A stretch of 64,000 bases of DNA from Calonectris borealis (lineage: Eukaryota): assembly GCF_964195595.1 (NCBI RefSeq), contig NW_027441456.1, positions 744,127 to 808,126 on the forward strand, read 5' to 3'. The translations under genes were made by a program, and so were the position numbers. The notes beneath the pieces are model-generated. The model worked only from the letters and a program-made list of their open reading frames with translations. It was not told the origin of the DNA and searched no databases. Below are positions 31,905 to 43,876 of this stretch, piece by piece (the first letter of the stretch is position 1; every line of letters begins with the position of its first letter).

Positions 31905-32899
31905 GTGCCCGCCCTGGTGCCGCAGCTCCTATAGCTCCCCTGCAGCTCCTTGTAGGCCCCTATAGCTCTCTGTTGGCTCTTATAGCTTCCTATAGCTCCT
32001 TTATAGCCTCCTCAGTGGCTCCCCATAGCCCCGTTACTGCTCCCTGTAGCTCCCCCACATCTCCCTATAGCTCCCCATAGCCTTCTAGAGCTCCCCTACA
32101 GTCCTCTGTAGCTCTCTAGAGACCACCTATAGCTCCTCATAGCCCCCCATAATCCTCCGTAGCCCCCCTAAGCCCCTACACCTCACCTGCAGCCCCCTAT
32201 AGCATCCCACAGCCCCCCCTAGAGACCTCTGTGGTTCCCCCATAACTCCTGTAGCTCCCCAACCCCACTATAGCCCCTTATAGCTTCCCATAACCCACAT
32301 AGCCCCACATGGTTCCCCATAATGCTTATAACTCCCCATAACCCCTATAGCCCACCATAATCATGCAAGCCCCTATAGCCTCCCATACCCCTGCCCAGTG
32401 CCCCCAGTTCCCATGTCAGTACTCCACATTCCCCTAGTGCCCCCCATAACCCCTCCCAGTGCCCCCAGCCCCCTCCCAGTGCTCCCAGTAACTGTATACC
32501 CCACTGCCTCCCAGTGCTCCTGGTATTCCATGTATCTCATCCCAGTGCCCCCAAACACAGTCCCAGTCTCCCAGCCCCGCTCTCAGTGCCTCCACATACC
32601 CCCATCCCTCATCCCAGTGCTCCCAGTACCCCATAAACTTGCTCCCTGTGCCTCCAAACTCCATCCCAGTTCCCCCAAACCCTCCCAGTGCCCCTCCACC
32701 TCATCCCAGTGCTCCCGGTATGCCTTATACCTCTCCCAGTGTCTCCACACGCCCCTTCCCAGTGCTCCCGAACCCTATTCAAGTGCTCCTATTGCCCCCC
32801 AAGTCCCCTCCCACTGCCCCCAGACACCCCCTTGCAGCGCTCCCAAACCCCCAGCAGCCATCCCAGCCGGGCAGCACCCTGAGGTGGCTCTGGGTGCAG
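31905..32899. repeat. MVP intron 8 minisatellites (ctatagctcccc units, then ctcccagtgcccc units)
   Basis: Direct reading. Confidence 0.85.
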
Positions 32900-33150
32900 G
32901 TGCGGGTGGTGACGGGCCAGACCTACATGCTGACGGAGGCCGAGGAGCTGTGGGAGAAGGAGCTGCCCCCTGGGGTGGAGGTGCTGCTGGCCGAAGCCCG
33001 TGGAGACACGCGCGGCGTGGACGCCAGGGTCCACTCCTCCTCCAGCCCAGACATTGGGGTCCCCCAACGTGATCGCACCCGTGCCGTCACCTACCAGGTG
33101 CCCCACAATGCCGCCGTGCAGGTCTATGACTACCGGGAGCGGCGGGCGCG
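32900..33150 (+). CDS. MVP: MVP coding exon 9
   Basis: [36 protein letters not shown]...[23 protein letters not shown](R). Acceptor gtgcag|G (weak pyrimidine tract), donor CG|GTAAGC. Confidence 0.85.
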
Positions 33151-34149
33151 GTAAGCACCCGTGGTTCTGGGCATGGGGGAAAAGGGACATGGAGAGGAAT
33201 GGGGGACTTGGTGGATGTGGGGGGGACACAGGGGGAAGATATGGGGATGGAGGGGGCACAGAGGGGGGTGCTGGGCACCAGGGTGCAGGTGATGTTGCTG
33301 TGACCCCTGTGCCGTGGTTTGTTCCTTGGTGTATCCTTGGCATGTGACCAGTGTCCTTGGCATGTCTGTGGCCGGCTATGCTGGGCCCAGTGCTGGTGGT
33401 GCTAGGCCTCGGCGAGCAGGTGACGGTGTGGGGACTGGTGCGTCCTTGGCATGTGACCCATGTCCTTCACGTGTTTTTGGCATGTCGCAGAGTGGTGCTG
33501 GGTATAGAGCTGGTCATATAGGGCCCTGGGGAGCAAGTAACAGTGCAGGGACTCTTGTGTCACAGCATATCCTTGGCTTCGGTCTGTGCGAGTCACACTC
33601 GGGGATCCTGGGCTCCAGAGACCAGAGTGAAAGTCTGGAGCAAGGAGGTTCCCTCTGAACATCAGGAAACACTTCTTCACTGTGAGGGTGACCAAGCACT
33701 GACACAAGTTGCTCAGGGAGGTGGTGGAGTCTCCATCCTTGGAGATACCTGAAACCCAACTAGACATGGTCATGGGCAACCCGCTCTAGGTGGCCCTGCT
33801 TGAACGGGGGGGTTGGACAAGATGGTCTTCAGGGGTCTCTCCACACCTCAGCCATGCTGTGATCCTATCATCCTGTGGTTCTGTGATATCTCCTTGGTGT
33901 GTCCTTGTCTTGTGACCTTTGTCCTTGGCACGTGACTGGTGTCCTTGGTACGTCACAAGCTGGTGTTGGGCACCACATGTCACTACGTGTCCTTGGTCCC
34001 GCAGGGTGGCTCTGGGCCCTGTGGAGCAGGTGTCGGTGCTGGGCCAAGCGTGTGGTGGCTTGTCCTTGGCATGTTGTGGGCTCCTCCCACGCACAGCAGT
34101 GCCCTCGGCGTGTCACCCACGCCCTCAACGAGCTCTTCCCCTCTTGCAG
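33151..34149. repeat. MVP intron 9 minisatellite (gtccttggcatgtgacc-containing units)
   Basis: Direct reading shows repeated tgtccttggcatgtg motifs throughout. Confidence 0.8.
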
Positions 34150-34347
34150 GGTGGTCCTGGGCCCCGAGCTGGTGGTGCTGGGCCCCGGGGAGCAACTGAC
34201 GGTCCTGTCCCTCTCGGCGGGGCGCCCCAAGCGTCCCCACGCCCGCCGCAGCCTCTGCCTCCGCCTCGGCCCCGACTTCTGCGCCGACATCGTCACCATC
34301 GAGACGGCCGACCATGCCCGCCTCCAGCTCCAGCTGGCCTACAACTG
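34150..34347 (+). CDS. MVP: MVP coding exon 10
   Basis: (R)[65 protein letters not shown](W). Acceptor ctcttgcag|G, donor TG|GTGGGC. Confidence 0.9.
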
Positions 34348-34976
34348 GTGGGCGGGGCTTCGGGGGTGGGGCCTTGGGGGCGGGGCTAGGGAGGGGGACA
34401 GCTTTAGGGCTGGGGGGGTAGGACTTGGGCCATGGGGCTAAGGTCGAGCTGGGGGTGGGGCCTGGGACTTGGGGGTGGAGTCCGGTTCTATGGGTGGGGC
34501 TAGGAAAGGGGGTGGGGCCTCAGCCTTGGGGTGGGGTCAGGCAACTATGGGCAGGGCTAGGCAAGGAGGTGTGGCCTCGGTCTTGGGGGCGGGGTCAGGC
34601 ACTATGGGCAGTGCTAGGCAAGGGGGTGTGGCCATGGTCTTGGGGGTGGTGCCAGGCAGCATGGGCAGGGCTAGGCAAGGAGGTGTGGCCTCAGTCTTGT
34701 GGGCGGGGTCAGGCTGCATGGGCAGTGCTAGGCAAGGAGGTGTGGCCTTGGTCTTCAGGGTGGGGCACTGTGGGGGCAGGGCCTCTAGTGAGAGGGCGTG
34801 GTCTACAGCCAGGAGGCGGGGCTTGGCAGCCAAGCAGAGCCAGATGCCAAATGGCCTTGGGGTGGGGGTGGCTCTGGGACAGGGCGGGGTTATGGCAGTG
34901 GGTGGGACCCGGGTGGGAGCGGCCCAGGGTGGGCGAGGACTGAGCGCAGATCCCTCCTACCCCCCCCCCCCCGCAG
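34348..34976. repeat. MVP intron 10 minisatellite (~60-bp units gggcagggctaggcaaggaggtgtggcctcagtcttgggggcggggtcaggcactat) ending in a C14 tract
   Basis: At least 7 units visible. A run of 14 C precedes the exon 11 acceptor. Confidence 0.85.
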
Positions 34977-35115
34977 GCACTTCGAGGTGCCGGAGGACCC
35001 CAAGGCCCTGGGGCGCCTCTTCAGCGTCCCCGACTTCGTGGGCGACGCCTGCAAGGCCCTGGCCTCCCGCGTGCGCGGCGCTGTGGCAGCCGTCACCTTC
35101 GATGACTTCCACAAG
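34977..35115 (+). CDS. MVP: MVP coding exon 11
   Basis: (W)[46 protein letters not shown]. Acceptor C14-cgcag|G, donor AAG|GTCTCC. Confidence 0.9.
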
Positions 35116-35522
35116 GTCTCCTCGGCTGCCCCCACGTTCCCCCCCCATTGTCCCCTCGGTCTCCTCGGCTGCCCCCACGTTCCCCCCCCATTGTCCCCTC
35201 GGTCGCGCACAAGTGTCCCTGCCTTTACCCGCTTCACCCACATCCCCCACTGGTGCCCTGGGTCACCTCATGCCCCCCTCCATGTCACGCCGGGTCTCCC
35301 TGGGTCCCTGATGTCCCCGTGAGTCCCTGATGTCCCCAAGTGTCTTGTATATCCCTGATGTCCCCAGAACTCAAAGAGGTTGATCTGCTCAGCCATGTTT
35401 GGCTTTGATGAAGGCCCGTGTGTTCCCCGATATCCCCTCGTGTCCCCAGTGCCCCAACAGCCTCGATGTCCGCAGGTGACCCCAATGTCCCCAAGTGTCT
35501 CACATGTCTCTGCTGTCCCCAG

Positions 35523-35734
35523 AATTCCAATCGTCTCATCTGCTCGGCCGTGTTTGGCTTCGATGAGAGCGGGCGGCTGCGGGAGCAGCTCCGCTTTGCC
35601 CCCAATGGACTGGTGGTGACGAGCGTTGACATCCAGAGCGTGGAGCCCGTGGACCAGCGCACCCGCGATGCCCTGCAGCGCAGCGTCCAGCTGGCCATCG
35701 AGATCGCCACCAACTCCCAGGAGGCTGCCGCCAG
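35523..35734 (+). CDS. MVP: MVP coding exon 12
   Basis: [70 protein letters not shown](R). Acceptor tcccc|AG, donor AG|GTCCCC. Confidence 0.9.
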
Positions 35735-36166
35735 GTCCCCATGTCCCTCCGTGTCACCTCATGTCCCACCAGGTTCTTCCTGTGTCCCCCTGTGTCCCTC
35801 CAGTGCATCTTCCAGCTGGAGACCAAGATCAGCACTAACTCCTAGGAGGCCACTGCCAGGCCTCTGTGTCCCTTGTGTCCCCCCATGTCCCCCATGCCTG
35901 ATCATGTCCCCCATGTCCCTTAAGCCCTTATGTCTCCCCATATGCCCCATGTTGCCATATCCCCCATGTCCCTCCATGTCCCCCCCATATCCTTAAATGT
36001 CCCCTACATCCCCCACGTCCCCCATGCCCCCTACATCCCCCATACTCTCAACATGCCCAGTTTCCCCGCCGTGCCCCCGCTGTGCTCCACATCCTCGGTG
36101 TCTCCCCACTCCCCCAACGTCCCCCGTGTCCCCCGCACCCCCCCACCCTTCGGTCCCTGTCCCCAG

Positions 36167-36283
36167 GCACGAGGCAGAGCGGCTGGCGCAGGAGGCCCGG
36201 GGACGCCTGGAGCGGCAGCGCCTCCTGGACCAGGCGGAGGCCGAGCGGGCGCGCAGAGAGCTGCTGGAGCTGGAGGCCCTCAG
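36167..36283 (+). CDS. MVP: MVP coding exon 13 (start of the C-terminal coiled-coil region)
   Basis: (R)[38 protein letters not shown](S). Acceptor tccccag|G, donor AG|GTCGGC. Confidence 0.9.
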
Positions 36284-36510
36284 GTCGGCCATGTTCCCAG
36301 CATGCACTGCCCGGGGGGCACGCCAGTCCTCTGCCTGCCCGCAGGCACCGGGGCCCTCCACCTTCCCAGGGGGCACTGGGGGTCCCAGCATGCACTGGGG
36401 CCCTCCACCTTCTCCGGGGGCAGGGTGGGTGGGACTTGCAGTGGGCGGGGCCCGAGGTAGGCGGGGCCCGCGGTGGGCGGGGCGTGTGACTCTGCTTCCT
36501 CCCCCTCCAG

Positions 36511-36637
36511 CGCGGCAGTGGAGAGCGCGGGGGCGGCCCGGGCGGAGGCACAGGCCCGGGCGGAGGCCGCCCGCATCGAGGGCGAAGCCGCCATCCTCCA
36601 GGCCAAGCTGAAGGCTGAGGCCATCGCCATAGAGACG
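36511..36637 (+). CDS. MVP: MVP coding exon 14
   Basis: (S)[42 protein letters not shown]. Acceptor cctccag|C, donor ACG|GTGCGT. Confidence 0.9.
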
Positions 36638-36777
36638 GTGCGTGGGGGGCGGGGCTGGCGGAGGGGGAGTCATGCAGGGGGTGGGGCCTGCCCTGAGGAG
36701 GTGCCCCATGCTAGTCCCGCCTCTGGGAGGCGGAGCTGTGGTGTGGGGGCGTGTCCCGATGGTGTCCACGCCCCCAG

Positions 36778-36966
36778 GAGGCGGAGCTGTTGCGGCTGGA
36801 GCGGGCGCAGGCCCAGGAGGTGCGGGCCCAGCGGGCGCGGGGGGAGGCGGAGGCGGCGCGGGCCCAGGCGCTGGCAGACGTGGAGGCCTCGCGGGTGCGG
36901 GAGGTCGCGGCCGCCCTGGGCCCCGACACCATCCGCGACATCGCCCGGGCCGGGCCCGAGCTCCAG
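36778..36966 (+). CDS. MVP: MVP coding exon 15
   Basis: [63 protein letters not shown]. Acceptor cccccag|G, donor CAG|GTGAGG. Confidence 0.9.
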
Positions 36967-37303
36967 GTGAGGGGGCGGGGCTTGGTGGGCGGGGCCTCTG
37001 GGGGGTGCGGCTGGAGAGGGCTCTGTGTGGTGGACAGGGGGTGGAGCTAACCAGAGGGGGTGGAGCCTGTAGGGGGTGTAGAGGCGGAGGCTTGGCTGGG
37101 GGGTGGGGTCTCTGTGGAGTGGGTGGGGCTTTGCTGGGCATGGCACCTCTGGGCAGCTGGCAGGGGGTGGAATCTTCAGGGGGTGGGGTCTCCGTGGGGT
37201 GGAACTTCTCTTGGTGGGGGTGTGGCAGGGGGTGTTGGGGGTGGGGTTTGCTGAGGGGGTGTGGCCTGCCGGGAGGAGTGGCCATCACCATGCCCGCCCC
37301 CAG

Positions 37304-37447
37304 GTGAAGCTGCTGCAGGGCCTGGGGCTGCAGTCCACCCTCATCACGGACGGCACCGCCCCCCTCAACCTTTTCACCACTGCTCGGGGGCTGCTGGGGC
37401 TAGCCCCTCCCCCAGAAAGCTCCACCCCCGAAGGCCCCACCCTCTGA
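37304..37447 (+). CDS. MVP: MVP coding exon 16 (terminal, stop TGA 37445-37447)
   Basis: [47 protein letters not shown]. Acceptor cccccag|G. Total CDS over 16 exons is 2565 nt = 854 codons plus stop, consistent in phase. Confidence 0.9.
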   Translation: MKLLQGLGLQSTLITDGTAPLNLFTTARGLLGLAPPPESSTPEGPTL

Positions 37448-37514
37448 GGATCCAGGTATCCGGGCTCCCCTCCCTCCCTGGGCACCCGGCGTCCAGAGCA
37501 GCCGGAACCAGCCC

Positions 37515-37520
37515 AATAAA
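37515..37520 (+). terminator. MVP: MVP polyadenylation signal AATAAA
   Basis: cccAATAAAgcaagcagg lies 68 nt after the stop codon. Confidence 0.7.
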
Positions 37521-37559
37521 GCAAGCAGGTGGTAGTGGTGGTGTCTGCGTGATGGTGTG

Positions 37560-37860
37560 ATGTCATAGTGATGCAGGGCCTGGGGCAGTGATGTCAGAGG
37601 TGGCAGTGCTTGGAATTGCGGCTGCATAACTCTCAACTCCGCAGTGCTCACGTGGCGGGGTACTGGGGGCTGTGATGTCAGCAATGAGGGCAGTGAGGGC
37701 AATACCGTCATAGCCCCGGGTGTGTCGGGAACTGTGAGGTCATCAACAGTTGGGTACTGGGACAAGCGATGTCACGCTGACACCAGGGGCTGCAGTACTG
37801 TAGCCCAGGGGACCGTGAGGTTAGGGCTAGGTCAGTACGTGGGGAGCCTGTGATCTCACA
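37560..37860. repeat. Degenerate ~45-bp tandem repeats carrying TGATGTCA-like motifs downstream of the MVP poly(A) site
   Basis: gtgatgtcatagtgatgcag / cagtgatgtcagagg / ctgtgatgtcagcaatg / tgtgaggtcatcaacag / gcgatgtcacgctgacac. Confidence 0.5.
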
Positions 37861-38544
37861 GCGGCACCCATATCACGTAGTCAGGTAGAAATGACCTCGC
37901 AATACCCGCCCTTGCGCGCTTGCCTCTGGCCTATCCGGTACCGGGGTGGGGGCTGCCAGGGGAGCGTCAGGCCAGACCCGGCAGCCCACGGGAGCCTCTG
38001 GCCCCTCTCCCACGTGGTTTCCCTCAATCCGGTCTCCCCAGACACTGCCCCATGGACCCCCCATGAACCGTGGGCTGGCTCCGAGCACTGCGCTCGTTAG
38101 GAAGGGGTTCAATAAGCAGGCAGGATGGACTGCGCTGGTCACGCCTAGGGCACGGCGTGACCAACCAGCAAGCTATTTTCACGTGATGGATCCTTTTTAT
38201 CCCTCTGTTTTCCTCTACTTGTTCCTCCCCGAATCCTCTGGATTTGGTTCCTCCCCAAAACATCTTGCGTCATGCCGAGATGTTCATCCCCAGCACCCCT
38301 TCAGGTGTCCCATGGGCGCGGTGGCACTTACTCATCACGATAGGTTTCATACCTGGACCACGGGGGCTGAGGCTTTTCCCAGGACAGCCCTGGCAGGAGG
38401 CTGGGCGGGCTGTGCCTTCCTTTGAGTGTGTAATTTGGGTTCCTGCCTGCTGCTGTGCCCCTGCCCTCCTCTGGGCTTGTGAAGACGGGTGGGCCGATGA
38501 GTCCTGTGGTGGGACACAGAGAAGCTGCTGCAGGGTGTTTTTTG

Positions 38545-38566
38545 CGGGGGGGGGGGGGGGGGGGAG
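38545..38566. repeat. Poly(G) homopolymer of ~22 nt
   Basis: gcggggggggggggggggggggagg. Confidence 0.9.
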
Positions 38567-40581
38567 GTGTCCTCCCCTACCATGCTCCGTTGCGGGTGGG
38601 CAGACAAGCTGACGTCCCCCCGCAATTGCAGGGATGACTTCAGCCTCTCTCCTCGCACAGCCCTTCCCAGCCCTCCCTTCCACCCCAGGCGACGCGCTCC
38701 CGGAGCAGGAGGCTTGGTGCTGCTGCCAGCTGCATCCTGAGGGGCTTGTAGGTCCCCGTTGCGCGGCCAGCCCGAATTGTACATTAATCGTGAACAGCAA
38801 ATGGGCCGCTGCTCCTGGACTCGGTGAATTGCCACGTCAGTGAGGCACATTTACACGGTAGTGCCTGTCCCCATATCGTGACGGTTTCCATCCCCACAAA
38901 CCCAGTGTCCCCACGTCAGCCGCTCCGCAGCGCGATGGTGCGCAACGCCCTAGTGCTCGCAGGGCTGTCCTTCCCCCTGGTTCCCTACACCAACCCATAT
39001 TTCTTGATCGCAGCAAAGAGTCCTGCCCTCCAAATTGAAATCCCATACCCACAGGTACTTACCAGGTCACACAAATCAAAATACGTATGGACTGTGCAAA
39101 CCCAATTACTAAATTTTAACGAGCACAGCTCTGGCGGCTGCAGGGGCTGTCATTCCCCTCAGTTCCCTGCTGTGATCTCTATTTCCTGATATCGGTAAAG
39201 TTTTGCACTTCAAATTCAAACCCCACACCTCCCGATGCACTACCCAGTCCCATACGTAACCTCCTCGCTCCTCTTGACCCACAGCATACCGATGCAGCTA
39301 CGGAAACAAATGCAGATATGGATATACATATATCTATACCTCACAGACCATTTTCATTGCAAAGTGCAGATGCTAATTTTGCCGTTTCTCTCCCCAAAGT
39401 TGCCTGCAAGCGTATTAGTAGCTTTCACAGCAGATCACAAGCCGCTCGCTGTCTTGTGGCCGCTCAGGGACAGTGAGCGCAGGCAGAGCTGCCTGCTGTT
39501 TCCTACCGTACCTCCTCCACCGACGAACCGCACCGCCCGCGTGCCGCAGGGAGCAGACAACAGGGCATCTGCCAGCTCGCCCCCGATCTCTTGGAGCAAT
39601 TGGCCACAACCATGCTCGGGTCAGGCTTCGGCTGCCTGGGCAGTTTTGGCACAATTAAAGCAGGAGCACCAGGCGAGCTACAGCCCTGGTCTGAACAGGG
39701 CACAGTGATGGAAAGGGGTGTCCCAGGTGATGTGAGAGGTCCCTGTGCCTGCCCAGGGTGGGCGAGGGTGCCTGGGTGGGGTGTACCAGCCCTGTTGGCC
39801 AAGCTGGCCCCATGCTGGTAATGACCCTGCGCTTAATAGCAGAGCCAAGGTCAGCCTGGCCCCCGCGCTGGGGACTGGCCTTGCGAAGTGACTGTAGGTG
39901 TTGGAAAGGACATGGGGGAGGCGGTTCAGGCAAGAGGACACATTTCAGGCATCCCTGACGTGACCTCTCCTCCCTGCACAAGAAGGGGAACAGCCTGAGC
40001 TCGAGATGGGCACAGATGTGTGCGGGAGGCACCCAAGCAACAGCAGTTGTTGGAGGAAAGACTGGAGAAGCACAAGGGACTGAAAATAGGCAGGACATCC
40101 TCCCAAACACATGACCAGGGGACCGGCAAAACGTAAACAAAGGTTAGGTGTCAGGGGAGAGGAGCCTGCCACCCCTTTTTGGAAGGCAGGGGGACAACAA
40201 CGTTAAGGGTGGAGAAGAAAGATGGAGAAGAAAGAAAACCAGCCCACTTCAGAGCGGCCTTCTCTTGCCAAAGAGCTCTCTGGCCCTGTCACCTTCACTG
40301 CTGCAGCTACGAGCCACCAAGGACCATGGCCATTGGTGTGAACCAAGGGGCACCAGCTCCATGGGAGCGTGTGCTTGCAGCGAAGTTGGAAGTGTTAATG
40401 GGTCGCACATTGGTCCAGGCCTTGGCAAGACGGGACACAGAGCAGCCTGCAGCTCCTGGAGGAATGGCCCTTGCAGGCTGGGAGCTCACTTGGCCCTAAG
40501 AAGCTGGAGGAATTGCAGCCCTGCCTGCAGCACCAGCAGAACGAGTGCTGGGATCTGGTGGAGAAGGTGCTGGAGGTGGAG

Positions 40582-41125
40582 AATCATAGAATCATACACT
40601 CATAAAATGGCTCAGGTCAGAAGGGACCTTCAGAGGTCCAACCCCCCTTGCCATAGGCAGGGACATCTTCCACTAGATCAGGTTGCTGAAATCCCCGTTC
40701 AACCTGACCTCAAACACTTCCAGGGATGGGACATCCACAGCTTCTCTGGGCAACCTGTGCCAGTGTCTCACCACCCTCAGAGTACAAAATGTCTTCCTTG
40801 TATCTAATCCAAATCTACCCTCTTTCAGTTTAAAACTGTTATCCCTTGTCCTGTCACTACAGGCCTTGGTAAAAAGTCTCTCTCCATCTTTCTTACACGC
40901 CTCCTTTATATACAGAAAGACCACAATAAAGTGTCCCTGAAGCCTTCTCTTCTCCAGGCTGAACACCCCCAACTCTCTCAGCCTTTCTTCACAGGAGAGG
41001 TATTCCAGCTCTCGGATCATTTCCGTGGCCCTCCTCTGGACCCGCTCCAACAGGTCCACATCTTTCCTGTGCAGGGGGCTCCAGAGCTGGACGCAGTGCT
41101 CCAGAGGGGGTCTCACCATAGTGAA
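40582..41125 (-). mobile_element. CR1 LINE 3' fragment (ORF2 C-terminus), minus strand
   Basis: The minus-strand ORF 40673-41119 encodes HCVQLWSPLHRKDVDLLERVQRRATEMIRELEYLSCEERLRELGVFSLEKRRLQG...LPREAVDVPSLEVFEVRLNG. The reverse complement of 40,583-40,612 gives the ATTCTATGATTCT terminal motif. It is ~95% identical at the protein level to the CR1 copy at 6.2-6.7 kb. Confidence 0.9.
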
Positions 41126-41199
41126 GTAGCTTCCCCCATGTCAGACAGAGCCAGTTCCAGCCGGCTCCAGGATGGATCTGCTGCTGGCCAAAGCTGAGC

Positions 41200-42060
41200 C
41201 CATCAGCGACATTGGTAGTGCCTCTGTGATAACGTATTTAAGAAAGGGTAAAAAAACCACCGAGCAACAGCAGCTGGGAGAGAGTGGTGAGAACACGTGA
41301 GAGAAACAGCCCTGCAGACACCAAGGTCAGTGAAGAAGGAGGGGGAGGAAGCACTCCAGGCGCTGGAGCAGAGATTCCCCTGCAGCCTGCGGTGAAGACC
41401 ATGGTGAGGCAGGCTGTCCCCCTGCAGCACGTGGAGGTCTACGGTGGAGCAGATATCCACCTGCAGCCCATGGAGGTCCCCACGCAGGAGCAGGTGGATG
41501 CCCACAGGAAGCTGTGACCCTGTGGGAAACACGTGCTGGAGCAGGCTCCGGTCAGGCGAGAGGATCGCACGCTGGAGCATCTGCTCCTGAAGGACTGCAC
41601 CCCGTGGAAGGGAACCACGCTGGAGCAGTTCATGAACTGTAACCTGTGGGAAGGACTCACGCTGGAGAAGTTCGTGGAGGACTGTCTCCCATGGGAGGGA
41701 CCCCACACTGGAGCAGGGAAAGAGTCTGAGGAGTCCTCTCCCTGAGGAGGAAGGAGCAGCAGAGACAACGTGTGATGAACTGACCGCAACCCCCATTCCC
41801 CGTCCCCCTGCGCTGCTTGGGGGGAGGAGGTAGAAGAGTCAAGAGTGAAGTTGAGCCCGGGAAGAAGGGAAGGGTCTGGGGAAGGTGTTTTTACATTTGT
41901 TCTTATTTCTCACGATCCTACTGTTACAATTAATTGCAATAAATTAAATTAATCCCCCCACCCTGAGTCTCTTTTGCCCATGATGGTCTGCCTGTCCTGT
42001 TGATGGAGGGGGAGCAAGAGAGGGACTTGGAGGGCACCTGGCAGCCAGCAAAACCCACCA
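41200..42060 (+). repeat. Avian LTR-like interspersed repeat (~27-bp internal periodicity ...cacgctggagcag..., then AATAAATTAAATTAAT)
   Basis: Repeated ccc(a/g)tgg(a/g)agg...ctggagcag units at 41,390-41,700. It then runs ...gtgatgaactgaccgcaacccccattccc...ttgtaataaattaaattaatcc...gggcacctggcagccagcaaaacccaccacaa. I recognise this as a common bird repeat family. It is possibly the same LTR family as the 11.7-12.4 kb element. Confidence 0.45.
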
Positions 42061-43871
42061 CAAGGTGCTTCTACATGTGTTTTAGAGCACACTGTATCAG
42101 CGCTTTGTGTATTAGCATATATTAACACACTAAAACTCTTTCAATTAAGAAACGAAACATTTCAACTAGACGTTTTGTCTCTTGAACTTAACGGCCCTGC
42201 ATTAAAAGCCACTCCAGGCTGAAGCCGGCCTTTACTAGGACACAACATTCTGTGGACAGTTGTGGTTTGGCAGTTACTCAGCTTCACAACAGAAGTCCTA
42301 CAGGGACTGCAACTGGTTGCAGCTCCTCAGCGGACCCCTGAACCGCATTGCTCCCAGCTCCTGGTTTCAGAGAGGCACGTACTGTCGCCATACTGAGCAT
42401 CATCAGTCAGACACAGCTTTAAAAATTCAAGCATGAGGAACTTCAGTGTCACCGCAGAGCAAAGGATGGAATTTCGAGTCCTACATCGACATTTCCACCT
42501 GCAGTCAGACTCCTGGTGAAAGGGTGAACGAGAAGGGATGAGTGATTAAAGAATTGAAACTATGGGCGAAATGACTTAGTACATTAGTTGCAACATTTTT
42601 GTAAGGCTCAGCGGAGGAATCGCAACAACAGTTCCTGATAAGAACCAGGAGTTTGTTCGAAGCCAGTTGAAACCAACCCTGTGATTTGGGTAAAGGCCAA
42701 GGAACAACTGAGTCTGCGCAAAGACGGGGGTTATTAGCGGTGACGAAGAGGAACCACTAACCTTCATCCCCACGACCCCCGACGACCACCACCAGGAAGC
42801 AATGCGCAAGCGTAGATAGGAGGGGCTCATGGAAATAACGTCTTGAAGCTTATTTTAATACAAAGCGGGGATAGGTCATGCATATGTATAGGCGTATTAT
42901 GTATATGCAACATTTCGCTGTATATATTTCTGGCAAGTACCGTGTTGAGGCGCGCACGACTTTGGTGGGGTTACCCCCCGTGCTGCCCAGCGCTGAATAA
43001 ACATACCTACTTTACAATCTCACAGATTGTGGAGTCTGTTTTCCGCAAGTCACTGGAGCTGGTAGTAGACCTCCTCCACTTCTCAAACAGAAATCCAAAT
43101 ATACGGCAAGAAAAGCAGAAACAAAAGGAACGTCCCTTCCCCCTCCTCCTTCCTTTCTTGTGGTCGCAAATCACAAGTCTGACTTTACCAACCAGGCTGT
43201 CTCAACATAACTGCAAAGAAGCATCTTTGGAATAAAACACATACCTCTAGACTTGAGCATGTTCTTAGAAGATAACACAATGGCTGATTTTCTTTTTTCC
43301 CCCAGGTTTTCTTTTAACAAGCGTATCTACAGCTATACAATTTTGTGTTCTTGACTTACTGATTATTCTTTTGCAAATTCTCATACAGCACCTTGTAAAA
43401 TGCATTGCTGGATGGGTAGCTACACTTCAGTATTTAAAACCAAGTACGGAGGTAATGTCAGAATCCTTCCATGTAAAGATTTGCATGGGGAAAAAAGTTA
43501 CAGTGGTGCAAATTTCTGAAAGCCTTTAATAAAGGAACCATAACTGAAGACTGAGAACAGCAGATTAATTACTGCAATGTTTCTAAATATGTAAGCTCAG
43601 AATATCTTATCAAGAAATACATTTAACAAAATAGAGGTAGACGATAGCAATGTATTCTGCACCACAATGACACAAGTCTTTTAACTAATTGGGCAACTAA
43701 TGTCTTTCACAGTACATTGAAAAAAAAAGTGATTTTGTTTGCTTAAGAAACTGTGATGTCCCTTTACAAATACAGTATTCTTAAAAAATCTGATGTAAAA
43801 AATGTATGAATATTCTTAAGTTTTTAGTTTGTACACATACTTCCTCTTGTTTAACCCGTAAATCTTGTACG

Positions 43872-43876
43872 GAGAC
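43872..43876. repeat. Target-site duplication GAGAC (5' copy) of ERV 2
   Basis: GAGAC immediately 5' of the LTR start TGAAATG. An identical pentamer lies immediately 3' of the 3' LTR. Confidence 0.75.

Noticed and set aside
35993-37291. 432-aa minus-strand ORF antisense to MVP exons 13-15
   Set aside because: It is antisense to well-supported MVP exons in GC/G-rich sequence. The translation is low-complexity (P/A/R/G).
26363-37303. Regular repeat-spacer-like arrays (possible CRISPR)
   Set aside because: This is a eukaryotic intronic context. The repeats are degenerate rather than identical, have no unique spacers of uniform length, and no cas genes are present. They are minisatellites.
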